Part shown: positions 1 through 11,785 of the stretch, piece by piece
Position numbering within the stretch: the stretch's first letter is position 1
Layout of the letters: each line of letters starts with the position of its first letter
Source: Eledone cirrhosa
Lineage: Eukaryota
Assembly: GCA_964016885.1 (NCBI GenBank)
Contig: OZ024744.1
Span: 133,982,001 to 134,046,000, forward strand
Direction of reading: 5' to 3'
Length of the DNA stretch: 64,000 bases
Notes under the pieces: model-generated
What the model was told of the DNA's origin: nothing
The model's input: the letters and a program-made list of their open reading frames with translations, nothing else
Database searches by the model: none
Made by a program: the position numbers and the translations under genes

Positions 1-2337
1 AAGTTAAGTTAGGGTTCAGTTAAGTTGGGGTTAAGTTAAGTTGGGGTTGAGTTAAGTTGGGGTTGAGTTAAATTGGCGTTGAGTTAAGTTGGGGTTGAGT
101 TAAGTTGGTGTTGAGTTAAGTTGGGGTTAAGTTAAGTTGGGGTTAAGTTAAGTTGCAGTTAAGTTAAGTTGAGGTTAAGTTAAGGTGGGGTTAAGTTAAG
201 TCGGGGTTAAGTTAAGTTGTGGTTGAGTTAAGTTGGGGTTAATTTAAGTTGGGGCTAAGTTAATTTGTGGTTAAGTTAAGTTGGGGTTAAGTTAAGTTGG
301 GGTTAAGTTAAGTTGGGGTTGAGTTAAGTTGGGGTTGAGTTAATTTGGGGTTAAGTTAAGTTGGGGTTAAGTTAAGTTGGGTTTAAGTTAAGTTGGGGTT
401 AAATTAAGTTGGGTTTAAATTAAGGTGGGGTTAAGTTAAGTTGGGGGTAAGTTAAGTTGGGGGCAAGTTAAGTTGGGGTTAATTTAAGTTGGGGTTAAAT
501 TAAGTTGGGGTTACGTTAAGTTGGTGTTAAGTTAAGTTGGGGTTAATTTAAGTTGGGGTTAATTAAGTTGGGGTTAATTTAAGTTGGGGTTAAGTTAAGT
601 TGGGGTTAATTTAAGTTGGGGTTGAGTTAAGTTGGGGTTCAGTTAAGTTGGGGATAAGTTAAGTTGGGGTTAAGTTAAGTTGGGGTTAAGTTAAGTTGGG
701 GTTAAGTTAAGTTGGTGTTAAGTTAAGTTGGGGCTAAGTTAAGTTGGGGCTGAGTTAAGTTGGGGCTGAGTTATGTTGGGGTTAAGTTAAGTTGGGGTTA
801 AGTTAAGTTGGGGTTAATTTAAGTTGGGGTTTATTTAAGTTGGGGTTACGTTAAGTTGGTGTTAAGTTAAGTTGGGGTTAATTTAAGTTGGGGTTAATTA
901 AGTTGGGGTTAAGTTAAGTTGGGGTTAATTTAAGTTGGGGTTGAGTTAAGTTGGGGTTAAGTTAAGTTGGGGTTATATTAAGTTGGGGTTAAGTTAAGTT
1001 GGGGTTCAGTTAAGTTGGGTATAAGTTAAGTTGGGGTTAAGTTAAGTTGGGGTTAAGTTAAGTTGGGGTTAAGTTAAGTTGGTGTTAAGTTAAGTTGGGG
1101 CTAAGTTAAGTTGGGGCTGAGTTAAGTTGGGGCTGAGTTAAGTTGGGGTTAAATTGGGGTCAAGTTAAGTTGGGGTTAAGTTGGGGTTAAGTTAAGTTAG
1201 GTTTAAGTTAAGTTGGGGTTAAGTTAAGTTGGGGTTAAGTTAAGTTGGGGTTAAGTTCATTTCTGGTTAAGTTAAGTTGGGGTAAAGTTAAGTTGGGGTT
1301 AAGTTAAGTCGGGGTTAAGTTAAGTTGGGGTTAAGTTAAGTTGGGGTTAATTTAAGTTGGGGTTAAGTTAAGTTGGGGTCAAGTTAAGTTGGGGTTAAGT
1401 TGGGGTTAAGTTAAGTTAGGTTTAAGTTAAGTTGGGGTTAAGTTAAGTTGGGGTTAAGTTAAGTTGGGGTTAAGTTAAGTTGGGGTTAAGTTAAGTTGGG
1501 GTTAAGTTAATTTGTGGTTAAGTTAAGTTGGGGTTAAGTTAAGTTGGGGTTAAGTTAAGTTGGGGTTAAGTTAAGTCGGGGTTAAGTTAAGTTGGGGTTA
1601 AGTTAAGTTGGGGTTAATTTAAGTTGGGGTTGAATTAAGTTGGGGTTAAGTTAAGTTGGGGTTAAATTAAGTTGGGGTTAAGTTAAGTTGGGGTTAAGTC
1701 AAGTTGGGGTTAAGTTAAGTTGGGGATAAGTTAAGTTGGGGATAATTTAAGTTGGGGTTAAGTTAAGTTGGGTTTAAGTTAAGTTGGGGTTAAGTTAAGT
1801 TGGGGTTAAGTTAAGTTGGGGTTAAGTTAAGTTGGGGTTAAGTTAAGTTGGGGTTAAGTTAAGTTGGGGCTAAGTTAAGTTGGGGCTGAGTTAAGTTGGG
1901 GTTAAGTTAAGTTGGGCTTAATTTAAGTCGGGGTTAAGTTAAGTTAGGGTTCAGTTAAGTTGGGGTTAAGTTAAGTTGGGGTTGAGTTAAGTTGGGGTTG
2001 AGTTAAATTGGGGTTGAGTTAAGTTGGGGTTGAGTTAAGTTGGTGTTGAATTAAGTTGGGGTTCAGTTAAGTTGGGGTTAAGTTAAGTTGCAGTTAAGTT
2101 AAGTTGAGGTTAAGTTAAGGTGCGGTTAAGTTAAGTTGGGGTTAAGTTAAGTTGGGGCTAAGTTAAGTTGGGGCTAAGTTAAGTTGGGGCTAAGTTAAGT
2201 TGGGGTTAAGTTAAGTTGGGGTTAAGTTAAGTTGGTTAGTTAAGTTGAGTTTAAGTTAAGTTGGGGTTAATTTAAGTTGGGGTTAAGTTATGTTGGGTTT
2301 AAGTTAAGTTGGGGTTAAGTTAAGTTGGGGTTAAGTT

Positions 2338-2391
2338 AAGTTGGGGTTAAGTTAAGTTGGGGTTAACCCCAACTTAACTTAACCCCAACTT
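2338..2391. other. 54-bp perfect spacerless palindrome centred on TTAA, extending imperfectly to ~170-bp arms (copy at 14123-14176)
   Basis: 27 consecutive complementary pairs either side of 2364/2365; the first mismatch is at the CTTCACTC variant. Confidence 0.93.
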
Positions 2392-2537
2392 CACTCAACC
2401 CCAACGTAACTCAACCCCAACTTAACTTAACCCCAACTTCACTCAACCCCAACTTAACTTAACCCCAACTTCACTCAACCCCAACTTCCAACTTGACTTA
2501 ACCCCAACTTAACTTAGCCCCAACTTAACTTAAGCCC
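2365..2537 (-). repeat. Inverted block of ~11 satellite monomers (C-rich strand on +), copy 1
   Basis: The sequence switches to CCCCAACTTAACTTAA at GGGGTTAA|CCCC (symmetry centre 2364/2365) and returns to forward orientation at ...TAAGCCC|TAAGTCGGGG (2537/2538). Confidence 0.98.
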
Positions 2538-4329
2538 TAAGTCGGGGTTAAGTTAAGTTGGCGTTAAGTTAAGTTAGGCTTAACTTAAGTTGGGGTTCAG
2601 TTAAGTTGGGGGTAAGTTAAGTTGGGGGTAAGTTAAGTTGGGGTTAAGTTAAGTTGCGGTTAAGTTGGGGTTAAGTTAAGTTAGGGTTAAGTTAAGTTGG
2701 GGTTGAGTTAAGTTGGGGTTAATTAAGTGGTGGTTATGTTAAGTTGGGGTTAAGTTAAGTTGGGGTTAATTTAAATTGGGGTTAAGTTAACTTTGTGGTT
2801 AAGTTAAGTTGGGGTTAAGTTAAGTTGGGGTTAAGTTGGGGTTGAGTTAAGTTGGGGTTGAGTGAAGTTGGGGTTAAGTTAAGTTAAGTTGGGGTTAAGT
2901 TAAGTCGGGGTTAAGTTAAGTTGTGGTTGATTTAAGTTGGGGTTAATTTAAGTTGGGGCTAAGTTAATTTGTGGTTAAGTTAAGTTGGGGTTAAGTTAAG
3001 TTGGGGATAAGTTAAGTTGGGGTTGAGTTAAGTTGGGGTTGAGTTAATTTGGGGTTAAGTTAAGTTGGGGTTAATTTAAGTTGGGTTTAAGTTAATTTGG
3101 GTTTAAATTAAGTTGGGGTTAAATTAAGTTGGGGTTAAGTTAAGTTGGGGGTAAGTTAAGTTAGGTTTAAGTTAAGTTGGGGTTAAGTTAAGTTGGGGTT
3201 ACGTTAAGTTGGGGTTAAGTTAAGTTGGGGTTAAGTTAAGTTGGTGTTAAGTTAAGTTGGGGCTAAGTTAAGTTGGGGCTGAGTTAAGTTGGGGTTGAGT
3301 TAAGTTGGGGTTAAGTTAAGTTGGGGTTGAGTTAAGTTGGGGTTAAGTTAAGTTGGGGTCAAGTTAAGTTGGGGTTAAGTTGGGGTTAAGTTAAGTTAGG
3401 TTTAAGTTAAGTTGGGGTTAAGTTAAGTTGGGGTTAAGTTAAGTTGGGGTTAAGTTAATTTGTGGTTAAGTTAAGTTGGGGTTAAGTTAAGTTGGGGTTA
3501 AGTTAAGTTGGGGTTAAATTAAGTTGGGGTTAAGTTAAGTTGGGGTTAAGTTAAGTTGGGGTTAAGTTAAGTTGGGGATAAGTTAAGTTGGGGATAATTT
3601 AAGTTGGGGTTAAGTTAAGTTGGGTTTAAGTTAAGTTGGGGTTAAGTTAAGTTGGGGATAAGTTAGGTTGGGGTTAAGTTAAGTTGGGGTTAAGTTAAGT
3701 TGAGGCTAAGTTAAGTTGGGGCTGAGTTAAGTTGGGGTTAAGTTAAGTTGGGGTTAAGTTAAGTTGGGGTTAATTTAACTTGGGGTTAATTAAGTTGGGG
3801 TTAAGTTAAGTTGGGGTTAAGTTAAGATGGGGTTAATTTAAGTTGGGATTGAGTTAAGTTGGGGTTAAGTTAAGTTGGGGTTATATTAAGTTGGGGTTAA
3901 GTTAAGTTGGGGTTCAGTTAAGTTGGGGATAAGTTATGTTGGGGTTAAGTTAAGTTGGGGTTAAGTTAAGTTGGGGTTAAGTTAAGTTGGTGTTAAGTTA
4001 AGTTGGGGCTAAGTTAAGTTGGGGCTGAGTTAAGTTGGGGCTGAGTTAAGTTGGGGTTAAGTTAAGTTGGGGTTGAGTTAAGTTGGGGTTAAGTTAAGTT
4101 GGGGTCAAGTTAAGTCGGGGTTAAGTTGGGGTTAAGTTAAGTTAGGGTTAAGTTAAGTTGGGGTTAAGTTAAGTTGGGGTTAAGTTAAGTTGGGGTTAAG
4201 TTAAGTTGGGGTTAAGTTAAGTTGGGGTTAAGTTAATTTGTGGTTAAGTTAAGTTGGGGTTAAGTTAAGTTGGGGTTAAGTTAAGTTGGGGTTAAGTTAA
4301 GTCGGGGTTAAGTTAAGTTGGGGTTAAGT

Positions 4330-7300
4330 TAAGTTGGGGTTAATTTAAGTTGGGGTTAAGTTAAGTTGGGGTTAAGTTAAGTTGGGGTTAAGTTAAGATG
4401 GGGTTAAGTTAAGTTGGGGTTAAGTTAAGTTGAGGTTAAGTTAAGTTGGGGTTAAATTAAGTTGGGGTTAAGTTAAGTTGGGGTTAAGTTAAGTTGGGGT
4501 TAAGTTAAGTTGGGGATAAGTTAAGTTGGGGATAATTTAAGTTGGGGTTAAGTTAAGTTGGGTTTAAGTTAAGTTGGGGTTAAGTTAAGTTGGGGTTAAG
4601 TTAAGTTGGGGTTAAGTTAAGTTGGGGTTAAGTTAAGTTGGGGCTAAGTTAAGTTGGGGCTGAGTTAAGTTGGGGTTAAGTTAAGTTGGGGTTAAGTTAA
4701 GTTGGGGTTAAGTTAAGTTGGGGTTTATTTAAGTTGGGGTTAAATTAAGTTGGGGTTCAGTTAAGTTGGGGTTAAGATAAGTTGGGGTTAAGATGGGGTT
4801 AAATTAAGTTGGGGTTAAGTTAAGTTGGGGTTAAGTTAAGTTGGGGTTAAGTTAAGTTGGGGTTAAGTTAAGTCGGGGTTAAGTTAAGTCGGGGTTAAGT
4901 TAAGTTAGGGTTCAGTTAAGTTGGGGTTAAGTTAAGTTGGGGTTGAGTTAAGTTGGGGTTGAGTTAAATTGGAGTTGAGTTAAGTTGGGGTTGAGTTAAG
5001 TTGGTTTTGAGTTAAGTTGGGGTTAAGTTAAGTTGGGGTTAAGTTAAGTTGCAGTTAAGTTAAGTTGAGGTTAAGTTAAGGTGCGGTTAAGTTAAGTTGG
5101 GGCTAAGTTAAGTTGGGGCTAAGTTAAGTTGGGGCTAAGTTAAGTTGGGGTTAAGTTAAGTTGGGGTTAAGTTAAGTCGGGGTTAAGTTAAGTTGGGGTT
5201 AAGTTAAGTTGAGGTTAATTTAATTTGGGGTTAAGTTAAGTTGGGGTTAAGTTAAGTTGGGGCTAAGTTAAGTTGGGGTTAAGTTAAGTTGGGTTTAAGT
5301 TAAGTTGGGGTTAAGTTAAGTTGGGGTCAAGTTAAGTTGGGGTTAAGTTAAGTTGGTTAGTTAAGTTGAGTTTAAGTTAAGTTGGGGTTAATTTAAGTTG
5401 GGGTTAAGTTAAGTTGGGGTTAAGTTAAGTTGGGGTTAAGTTAAGTTGGGGTTAAGTTAAGTCGGGGTTAATTTAAGTCGGGGTTAAGTTAAGTTAGGGT
5501 TCAGTTAAGTTGGGGTTAAGTTAAGTTGGGGTTGAGTTAAGTTGGGGTTGAGTTAAATTGGCGTTGAGTTAAGTTGGGGTTGAGTTAAGTTGGTGTTGAG
5601 TTAAGTTGGGGTTAAGTTAAGTTGGGGTTAAGTTAAGTTGAGGTTAAGTTAAGTTGGGGTTAAATTAAGTTGGGGTTAAGTTAAGTTGGGGTTAAGTTAA
5701 GTTGGGGTTAAGTTAAGTTGGGGATAAGTTAAGTTGGGGATAATTTAAGTTGGGGTTAAGTTAAGTTGGGTTTAAGTTAAGTTGGGGTTAAGTTAAGTTG
5801 GGGTTAAATTAAGTTGGGGTTAAATTAAGTTGGGGTTAAGTTAAGTTGGGGTTAAGTTAAGTTGGGGCTAAGTTAAGTTGGGGCTGAGTTAAGTTGGGGT
5901 TAAGTTAAGTTGGGGTTAAGTTAAGTTGGGGTTAAGTTAAGTTGGGGTTTATATAAGTTGGGGTTAAGTTAAGTTGGGGTTCAGTTAAGTTGGGGTTAAG
6001 TTAAGTTGGGGTTAAGATAGGGTTAAATTAAGTTGGGGTTAAGTTAAGTTGGGGTTAAGTTAAGTTGGGGTTAAGTTAAGTTGGGGTTAAGTTAAGTCGG
6101 GGTTAAGTTAAGTCGGGGTTAAGTTAAGTTAGGGTTCAGTTAAGTTGGGGTTAAGTTAAGTTGGGGTTGAGTTAAGTTGGGGTTGAGTTAAATTGGGGTT
6201 GAGTTAAGTTGGGGTTGAGTTAAGTTGGTGTTGAGTTAAGTTGGGGTTAAGTTAAGTTGGGGTTAAGTTAAGTTGCAGTTAAGTTAAGTTGAGGTTAAGT
6301 TAAGGTGGGGTTAAGTTAAGTCGGGGTTAAGTTAAGTTGTGGTTGAGTTAAGTTGGGGTTAATTTAAGTTGGGGCTAAGTTAATTTGTGGTTAAGTTAAG
6401 TTGGGGTTAAGTTAAGTTGGGGTTAAGTTAAGTTGGGGTTGAGTTAAGTTGGGGTTGAGTTAATTTGGGGTTAAGTTAAGTTGGGGTTAATTTAAGTTGG
6501 GTTTAAGTTAATTTGGGCTTAAATTAAGTTGGGGTTAAATTAAGTTGGGGTTAAGTTAAGTTGGGGGTAAGTTAAGTTGGCGGCAAGTTAAGTTGGGGTT
6601 AATTTAAGTTGGGGTTAAATTAAGTTGGGGTTACGTTAAGTTGGTGTTAAGTTAAGTTGGGGTTAATTTAAGTTGGGGTTAATTAAGTTGGGGTTAAGTT
6701 AAGTTGGGGTTAAGTTAAGTTGGGGTTAATTTAAGTTGGGGTTGAGTTAAGTTGGGGTTAAGTTAAGTTGGGGTTATATTAAGTTGGGGTTAAGTTAAGT
6801 TGGGGTTCAGTTAAGTTGGGGATAAGTTAAGTTGGGGTTAAGTTAAGTTGGGGCTAAGTTAAGTTGGGGCTGAGTTAAGTTGGGGCTGAGTTAAGTTGGG
6901 GTTAAGTTAAGTTGGGGTTGAGTTAAGTTGGGGTTAAGTTAAGTTGTGGTCAAGTTAAGTTGGGGTTAAGTTGGGGTTAAGTTAAGTTAGGTTTAAGTTA
7001 AGTTGGGGTTAAGTTAAGTTGGGGTTACGTTAAGTTGGTGTTAAGTTAAGTTGGGGTTAATTTAAGTTGGGGTTAATTAAGTTGGGGTTAAGTTAAGTTG
7101 GGGTTAAGTTAAGTTGGGGTTAATTTAAGTTGGGGTTGAGTTAAGTTGGGGTTAAGTTAAGTTGGGGTAATATTAAGTTGGGGTTAAGTTAAGTTGGGGT
7201 TCAGTTAAGTTGGGGATAAGTTAAGTTGGGGTTAAGTTAAGTTGGGGTTAAGTTAAGTTGGGGTTAAGTTAAGTTGGTGTTAAGTTGGGGTTAAGTTAAG

Positions 7301-9660
7301 TTAGGTTTAAGTTAAGTTGGGGTTAAGTTAAGTTGGGGTTAAGTTAAGTTGGGGTTAAGTTAATTTGTGGTTAAGTTAAGTTGGGGTTAAGTTAAGTTGG
7401 GGTTAAGTTAAGTTGGGGTTAATTTAAGTTGGGGTTAAGTTAAGTTGGGGTTAAGTTAAGTTGGGGTTAAGTTAAGATGGGGTTAAGTTAAGTTGGGGTT
7501 AAGTTAAGTTGAGGTTAAGTTAAGTTGGGGTTAAATTAAGTTGGGGTTAAGTTAAGTTGGGGTTAAGTTAAGTTGGGGTTAAGTTAAGTTGGGGATAAGT
7601 TAAGTTGGGGATAATTTAAGTTGGGGTTAAGTTAAGTTGGGTTTAAGTTAAGTTGGGGTTAAGTTAAGTTGGGGTTAAGTTAAGTTGGGGTTAAGTTAAG
7701 TTGGGGTTAAGTTAAGTTGGGGTTAAGTTAAGTTGGGGCTAAGTTAAGTTGGGGCTGAGTTAAGTTGGGGTTAAGTTAAGTTGGGGTTAAGTTAAGTTGG
7801 GGTTAAGTTAAGTTGGGGTTTATTTAAGTTGGGGTTAAATTAAGTTGGGGTTCAGTTAAGTTGGGGTTAAGATAAGTTGGGGTTAAGATGGGGTTAAATT
7901 AAGTTGGGGTTAAGTTAAGTTGGGGTTAAGTTAAGTTGGGGTTAAGTTAAGTTGGGGTTAAGTTAAGTCGGGGTTAAGTTAAGTCGGGGTTAAGTTAAGT
8001 TAGGGTTCAGTTAAGTTGGGGTTAAGTTAAGTTGGGGTTGAGTTAAGTTGGGGTTGAGTTAAATTGGAGTTGAGTTAAGTTGGGGTTGAGTTAAGTTGGT
8101 TTTGAGTTAAGTTGGGGTTAAGTTAAGTTGGGGTTAAGTTAAGTTGCAGTTAAGTTAAGTTGAGGTTAAGTTAAGGTGCGGTTAAGTTAAGTTGGGGCTA
8201 AGTTAAGTTGGGGCTAAGTTAAGTTGGGGCTAAGTTAAGTTGGGGTTAAGTTAAGTTGGGGTTAAGTTAAGTCGGGGTTAAGTTAAGTTGGGGTTAAGTT
8301 AAGTTGAGGTTAATTTAATTTGGGGTTAAGTTAAGTTGGGGTTAAGTTAAGTTGGGGCTAAGTTAAGTTGGGGTTAAGTTAAGTTGGGTTTAAGTTAAGT
8401 TGGGGTTAAGTTAAGTTGGGGTCAAGTTAAGTTGGGGTTAAGTTAAGTTGGTTAGTTAAGTTGAGTTTAAGTTAAGTTGGGGTTAATTTAAGTTGGGGTT
8501 AAGTTAAGTTGGGGTTAAGTTAAGTTGGGGTTAAGTTAAGTTGGGGTTAAGTTAAGTCGGGGTTAATTTAAGTCGGGGTTAAGTTAAGTTAGGGTTCAGT
8601 TAAGTTGGGGTTAAGTTAAGTTGGGGTTGAGTTAAGTTGGGGTTGAGTTAAATTGGCGTTGAGTTAAGTTGGGGTTGAGTTAAGTTGGTGTTGAGTTAAG
8701 TTGGGGTTAAGTTAAGTTGGGGTTAAGTTAAGTTGAGGTTAAGTTAAGTTGGGGTTAAATTAAGTTGGGGTTAAGTTAAGTTGGGGTTAAGTTAAGTTGG
8801 GGTTAAGTTAAGTTGGGGATAAGTTAAGTTGGGGATAATTTAAGTTGGGGTTAAGTTAAGTTGGGTTTAAGTTAAGTTGGGGTTAAGTTAAGTTGGGGTT
8901 AAATTAAGTTGGGGTTAAATTAAGTTGGGGTTAAGTTAAGTTGGGGTTAAGTTAAGTTGGGGCTAAGTTAAGTTGGGGCTGAGTTAAGTTGGGGTTAAGT
9001 TAAGTTGGGGTTAAGTTAAGTTGGGGTTTATATAAGTTGGGGTTAAGTTAAGTTGGGGTTCAGTTAAGTTGGGGTTAAGTTAAGTTGGGGTTAAGATAGG
9101 GTTAAATTAAGTTGGGGTTAAGTTAAGTTGGGGTTAAGTTAAGTTGGGGTTAAGTTAAGTTGGGGTTAAGTTAAGTCGGGGTTAAGTTAAGTCGGGGTTA
9201 AGTTAAGTTAGGGTTCAGTTAAGTTGGGGTTAAGTTAAGTTGGGGTTGAGTTAAGTTGGGGTTGAGTTAAATTGGGGTTGAGTTAAGTTGGGGTTGAGTT
9301 AAGTTGGTGTTGAGTTAAGTTGGGGTTAAGTTAAGTTGCAGTTAAGTTAAGTTGAGGTTAAGTTAAGGTGGGGTTAAGTTAAGTCGGGGTTAAGTTAAGT
9401 TGTGGTTGAGTTAAGTTGGGGTTAATTTAAGTTGGGGCTAAGTTAATTTGTGGTTAAGTTAAGTTGGGGTTAAGTTAAGTTGGGGTTAAGTTAAGTTGGG
9501 GTTGAGTTAAGTTGGGGTTGAGTTAATTTGGGGTTAAGTTAAGTTGGGGTTAATTTAAGTTGGGTTTAAGTTAATTTGGGCTTAAATTAAGTTGGGGTTA
9601 AATTAAGTTGGGGTTAAGTTAAGTTGGGGGTAAGTTAAGTTGGCGGCAAGTTAAGTTGGG
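4330..9660 (+). repeat. ~2.3-kb block duplicated at offset ~3,095-3,063 (about 4330-6600 vs 7420-9660), with further partial copies at ~9.7-11.4 kb
   Basis: Markers TTAAGATAAG (G at 4776, 7871, 9954), TGGAGTTGAG (~4970, ~8066, ~10148), TTTATATAAG (~5948, ~9027), TTAAGATAGGG (~6012, ~9091, ~10614), GGCGGCAAG (6579, 9642, 11181). Confidence 0.85.
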
Positions 9661-11785
9661 GTTAAGTTAAGTTGGGGATAAGTTAAGTTGGGGATAATTT
9701 AAGTTGGGGTTAAGTTAAGTTGGGTTTAAGTTAAGTTGGGGTTAAGTTAAGTTGGGGTTAAGTTAAGTTGGGGTTAAGTTAAGTTGGGGTTAAGTTAAGT
9801 TGGGGTTAAGTTAAGTTGGGGCTAAGTTAAGTTGGGGCTGAGTTAAGTTGGGGTTAAGTTAAGTTGGGGTTAAGTTAAGTTGGGGTTAAGTTAAGTTGGG
9901 GTTTATTTAAGTTGGGGTTAAATTAAGTTGGGGTTCAGTTAAGTTGGGGTTAAGATAAGTTGGGGTTAAGATGGGGTTAAATTAAGTTGGGGTTAAGTTA
10001 AGTTGGGGTTAAGTTAAGTTGGGGTTAAGTTAAGTTGGGGTTAAGTTAAGTCGGGGTTAAGTTAAGTCGGGGTTAAGTTAAGTTAGGGTTCAGTTAAGTT
10101 GGGGTTAAGTTAAGTTGGGGTTGAGTTAAGTTGGGGTTGAGTTAAATTGGAGTTGAGTTAAGTTGGGGTTGAGTTAAGTTGGTTTTGAGTTAAGTTGGGG
10201 TTAAGTTAAGTTGGGGTTAAGTTAAGTTGCAGTTAAGTTAAGTTGAGGTTAAGTTAAGGTGCGGTTAAGTTAAGTTGGGGCTAAGTTAAGTTGGGGCTAA
10301 GTTAAGTTGGGGCTAAGTTAAGTTGGGGTTAAGTTAAGTTGGGGTTAAGTTAAGTCGGGGTTAAGTTAAGTTGGGGCTAAGTTAAGTTGAGGTTAATTTA
10401 ATTTGGGGTTAAGTTAAGTTGGGGTTAAGTTAAGTTGGGGCTAAGTTAAGTTGGGGTTAAGTTAAGTTGGGTTTAAGTTAAGTTGGGGTTAAGTTAAGTT
10501 GGGGTCAAGTTAAGTTGGGGTTAAGTTAAGTTGGTTAGTTAAGTTGAGTTTAAGTTAAGTTGGGGTTAATTTAAGTTGGGGTTAAGTTAAGTTGGGGTTA
10601 AGTTAAGTTGGGGTTAAGATAGGGTTAAATTAAGTTGGGGTTAAGTTAAGTTGGGGTTAAGTTAAGTTGGGGTTAAGTTAAGTTGGGGTTAAGTTAAGTC
10701 GGGGTTAAGTTAAGTCGGGGCTAAGTTAAGTTAGGGTTCAGTTAAGTTGGGGTTAAGTTAAGTTGGGGTTGAGTTAAGTTGGGGTTGAGTTAAATTGGGG
10801 TTGAGTTAAGTTGGGGTTGAGTTAAGTTGGTGTTGAGTTAAGTTGGGGTTAAGTTAAGTTGGGGTTAAGTTAAGTTGCAGTTAAGTTAAGTTGAGGTTAA
10901 GTTAAGGTGGGGTTAAGTTAAGTCGGGGTTAAGTTAAGTTGTGGTTGAGTTAAGTTGGGGTTAATTTAAGTTGGGGCTAAGTTAATTTGTGGTTAAGTTA
11001 AGTTGGGGTTAAGTTAAATTGGGGTTAAGTTAAGTTGGGGTTGAGTTAAGTTGGGGTTGAGTTAATTTGGGGTTAAGTTAAGTTGGGGTTAATTTAAGTT
11101 GGGTTTAAGTTAATTTGGGCTTAAATTAAGTTGGGGTTAAATTAAGTTGGGGTTAAGTTAAGTTGGGGGTAAGTTAAGTTGGCGGCAAGTTAAGTTGGGG
11201 TTAATTTAAGTTGGGGTTAAATTAAGTTGGGGTTACGTTAAGTTGGTGTTAAGTTAAGTTGGGGTTAATTTAAGTTGGGGTTAATTAAGTTGGGGTTAAG
11301 TTAAGTTGGGGTCAAGTTAAGTTGGGGTTAATTTAAGTTGGGGTTGAGTTAAGTTGGGGTTAAGTTAAGTTGGGGTTATATTAAGTTGGGGTTAAGTTAA
11401 GTTGGGGTTCAGTTAAGTTGGGGATAAGTTAAGTTGGGGTTAAGTTAAGTTGGGGCTAAGTTAAGTTGGGGCTGAGTTAAGTTGGGGCTGAGTTAAGTTG
11501 GGGTTAAGTTAAGTTGGGGTTGAGTTAAGTTGGGGTTAAGTTAAGTTGGGGTCAAGTTAAGTTGGGGTTAAGTTGGGGTTAAGTTAAGTTAGGTTTAAGT
11601 TAAGTTGGGGTTAAGTTAAGTTGGGGTTAAGTTAAGTTGGTTAGTTAAGTTGAGTTTAAGTTAAGTTGGGGTTAATTTAAGTTGGGATTAAGTTAAGTTG
11701 GGGTTAAGTTAAGTTGGGGTTAAGTTAAGTTGGGGTTAAGTTAAGTTGGGGTTAAGTTAAGTCGGGGTTAATTTAAGTCGGGGTT

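Larger units (their letters stand above)
1..5050 (+). repeat. Segmental duplication within array, copy A (partner 11786-16835, offset 11,785)
   Basis: Shared rare markers at constant offset: window start/11786, TTCATTTCTGG 1256/13041, inversion 2365/14150, GATAAG 4776/16561, TTGGTTTTGA 5001/16786. The copies diverge at GCAG 5051 vs GGGG 16836. Confidence 0.93.

Noticed and set aside
1251-1266. TTAAGTTCATTTCTGG as an inserted foreign sequence
   Set aside because: It is a 16-bp, in-register, multiply substituted monomer (a derivative of TTAAGTTAATTTGTGG), repeated only through the 11,785-bp duplication.
2338-2391. Rho-independent terminator or structured ncRNA
   Set aside because: The hairpin is simply a consequence of the satellite inversion; there is no upstream gene, loop or U-tract.
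2363-2898. Annotating the fold-back unit as a bona fide piggyBac or MITE mobile element
   Set aside because: There is no transposase or non-satellite sequence, and TTAA/GGG ends are intrinsic to every monomer. It is kept only as a hypothesis under findings.
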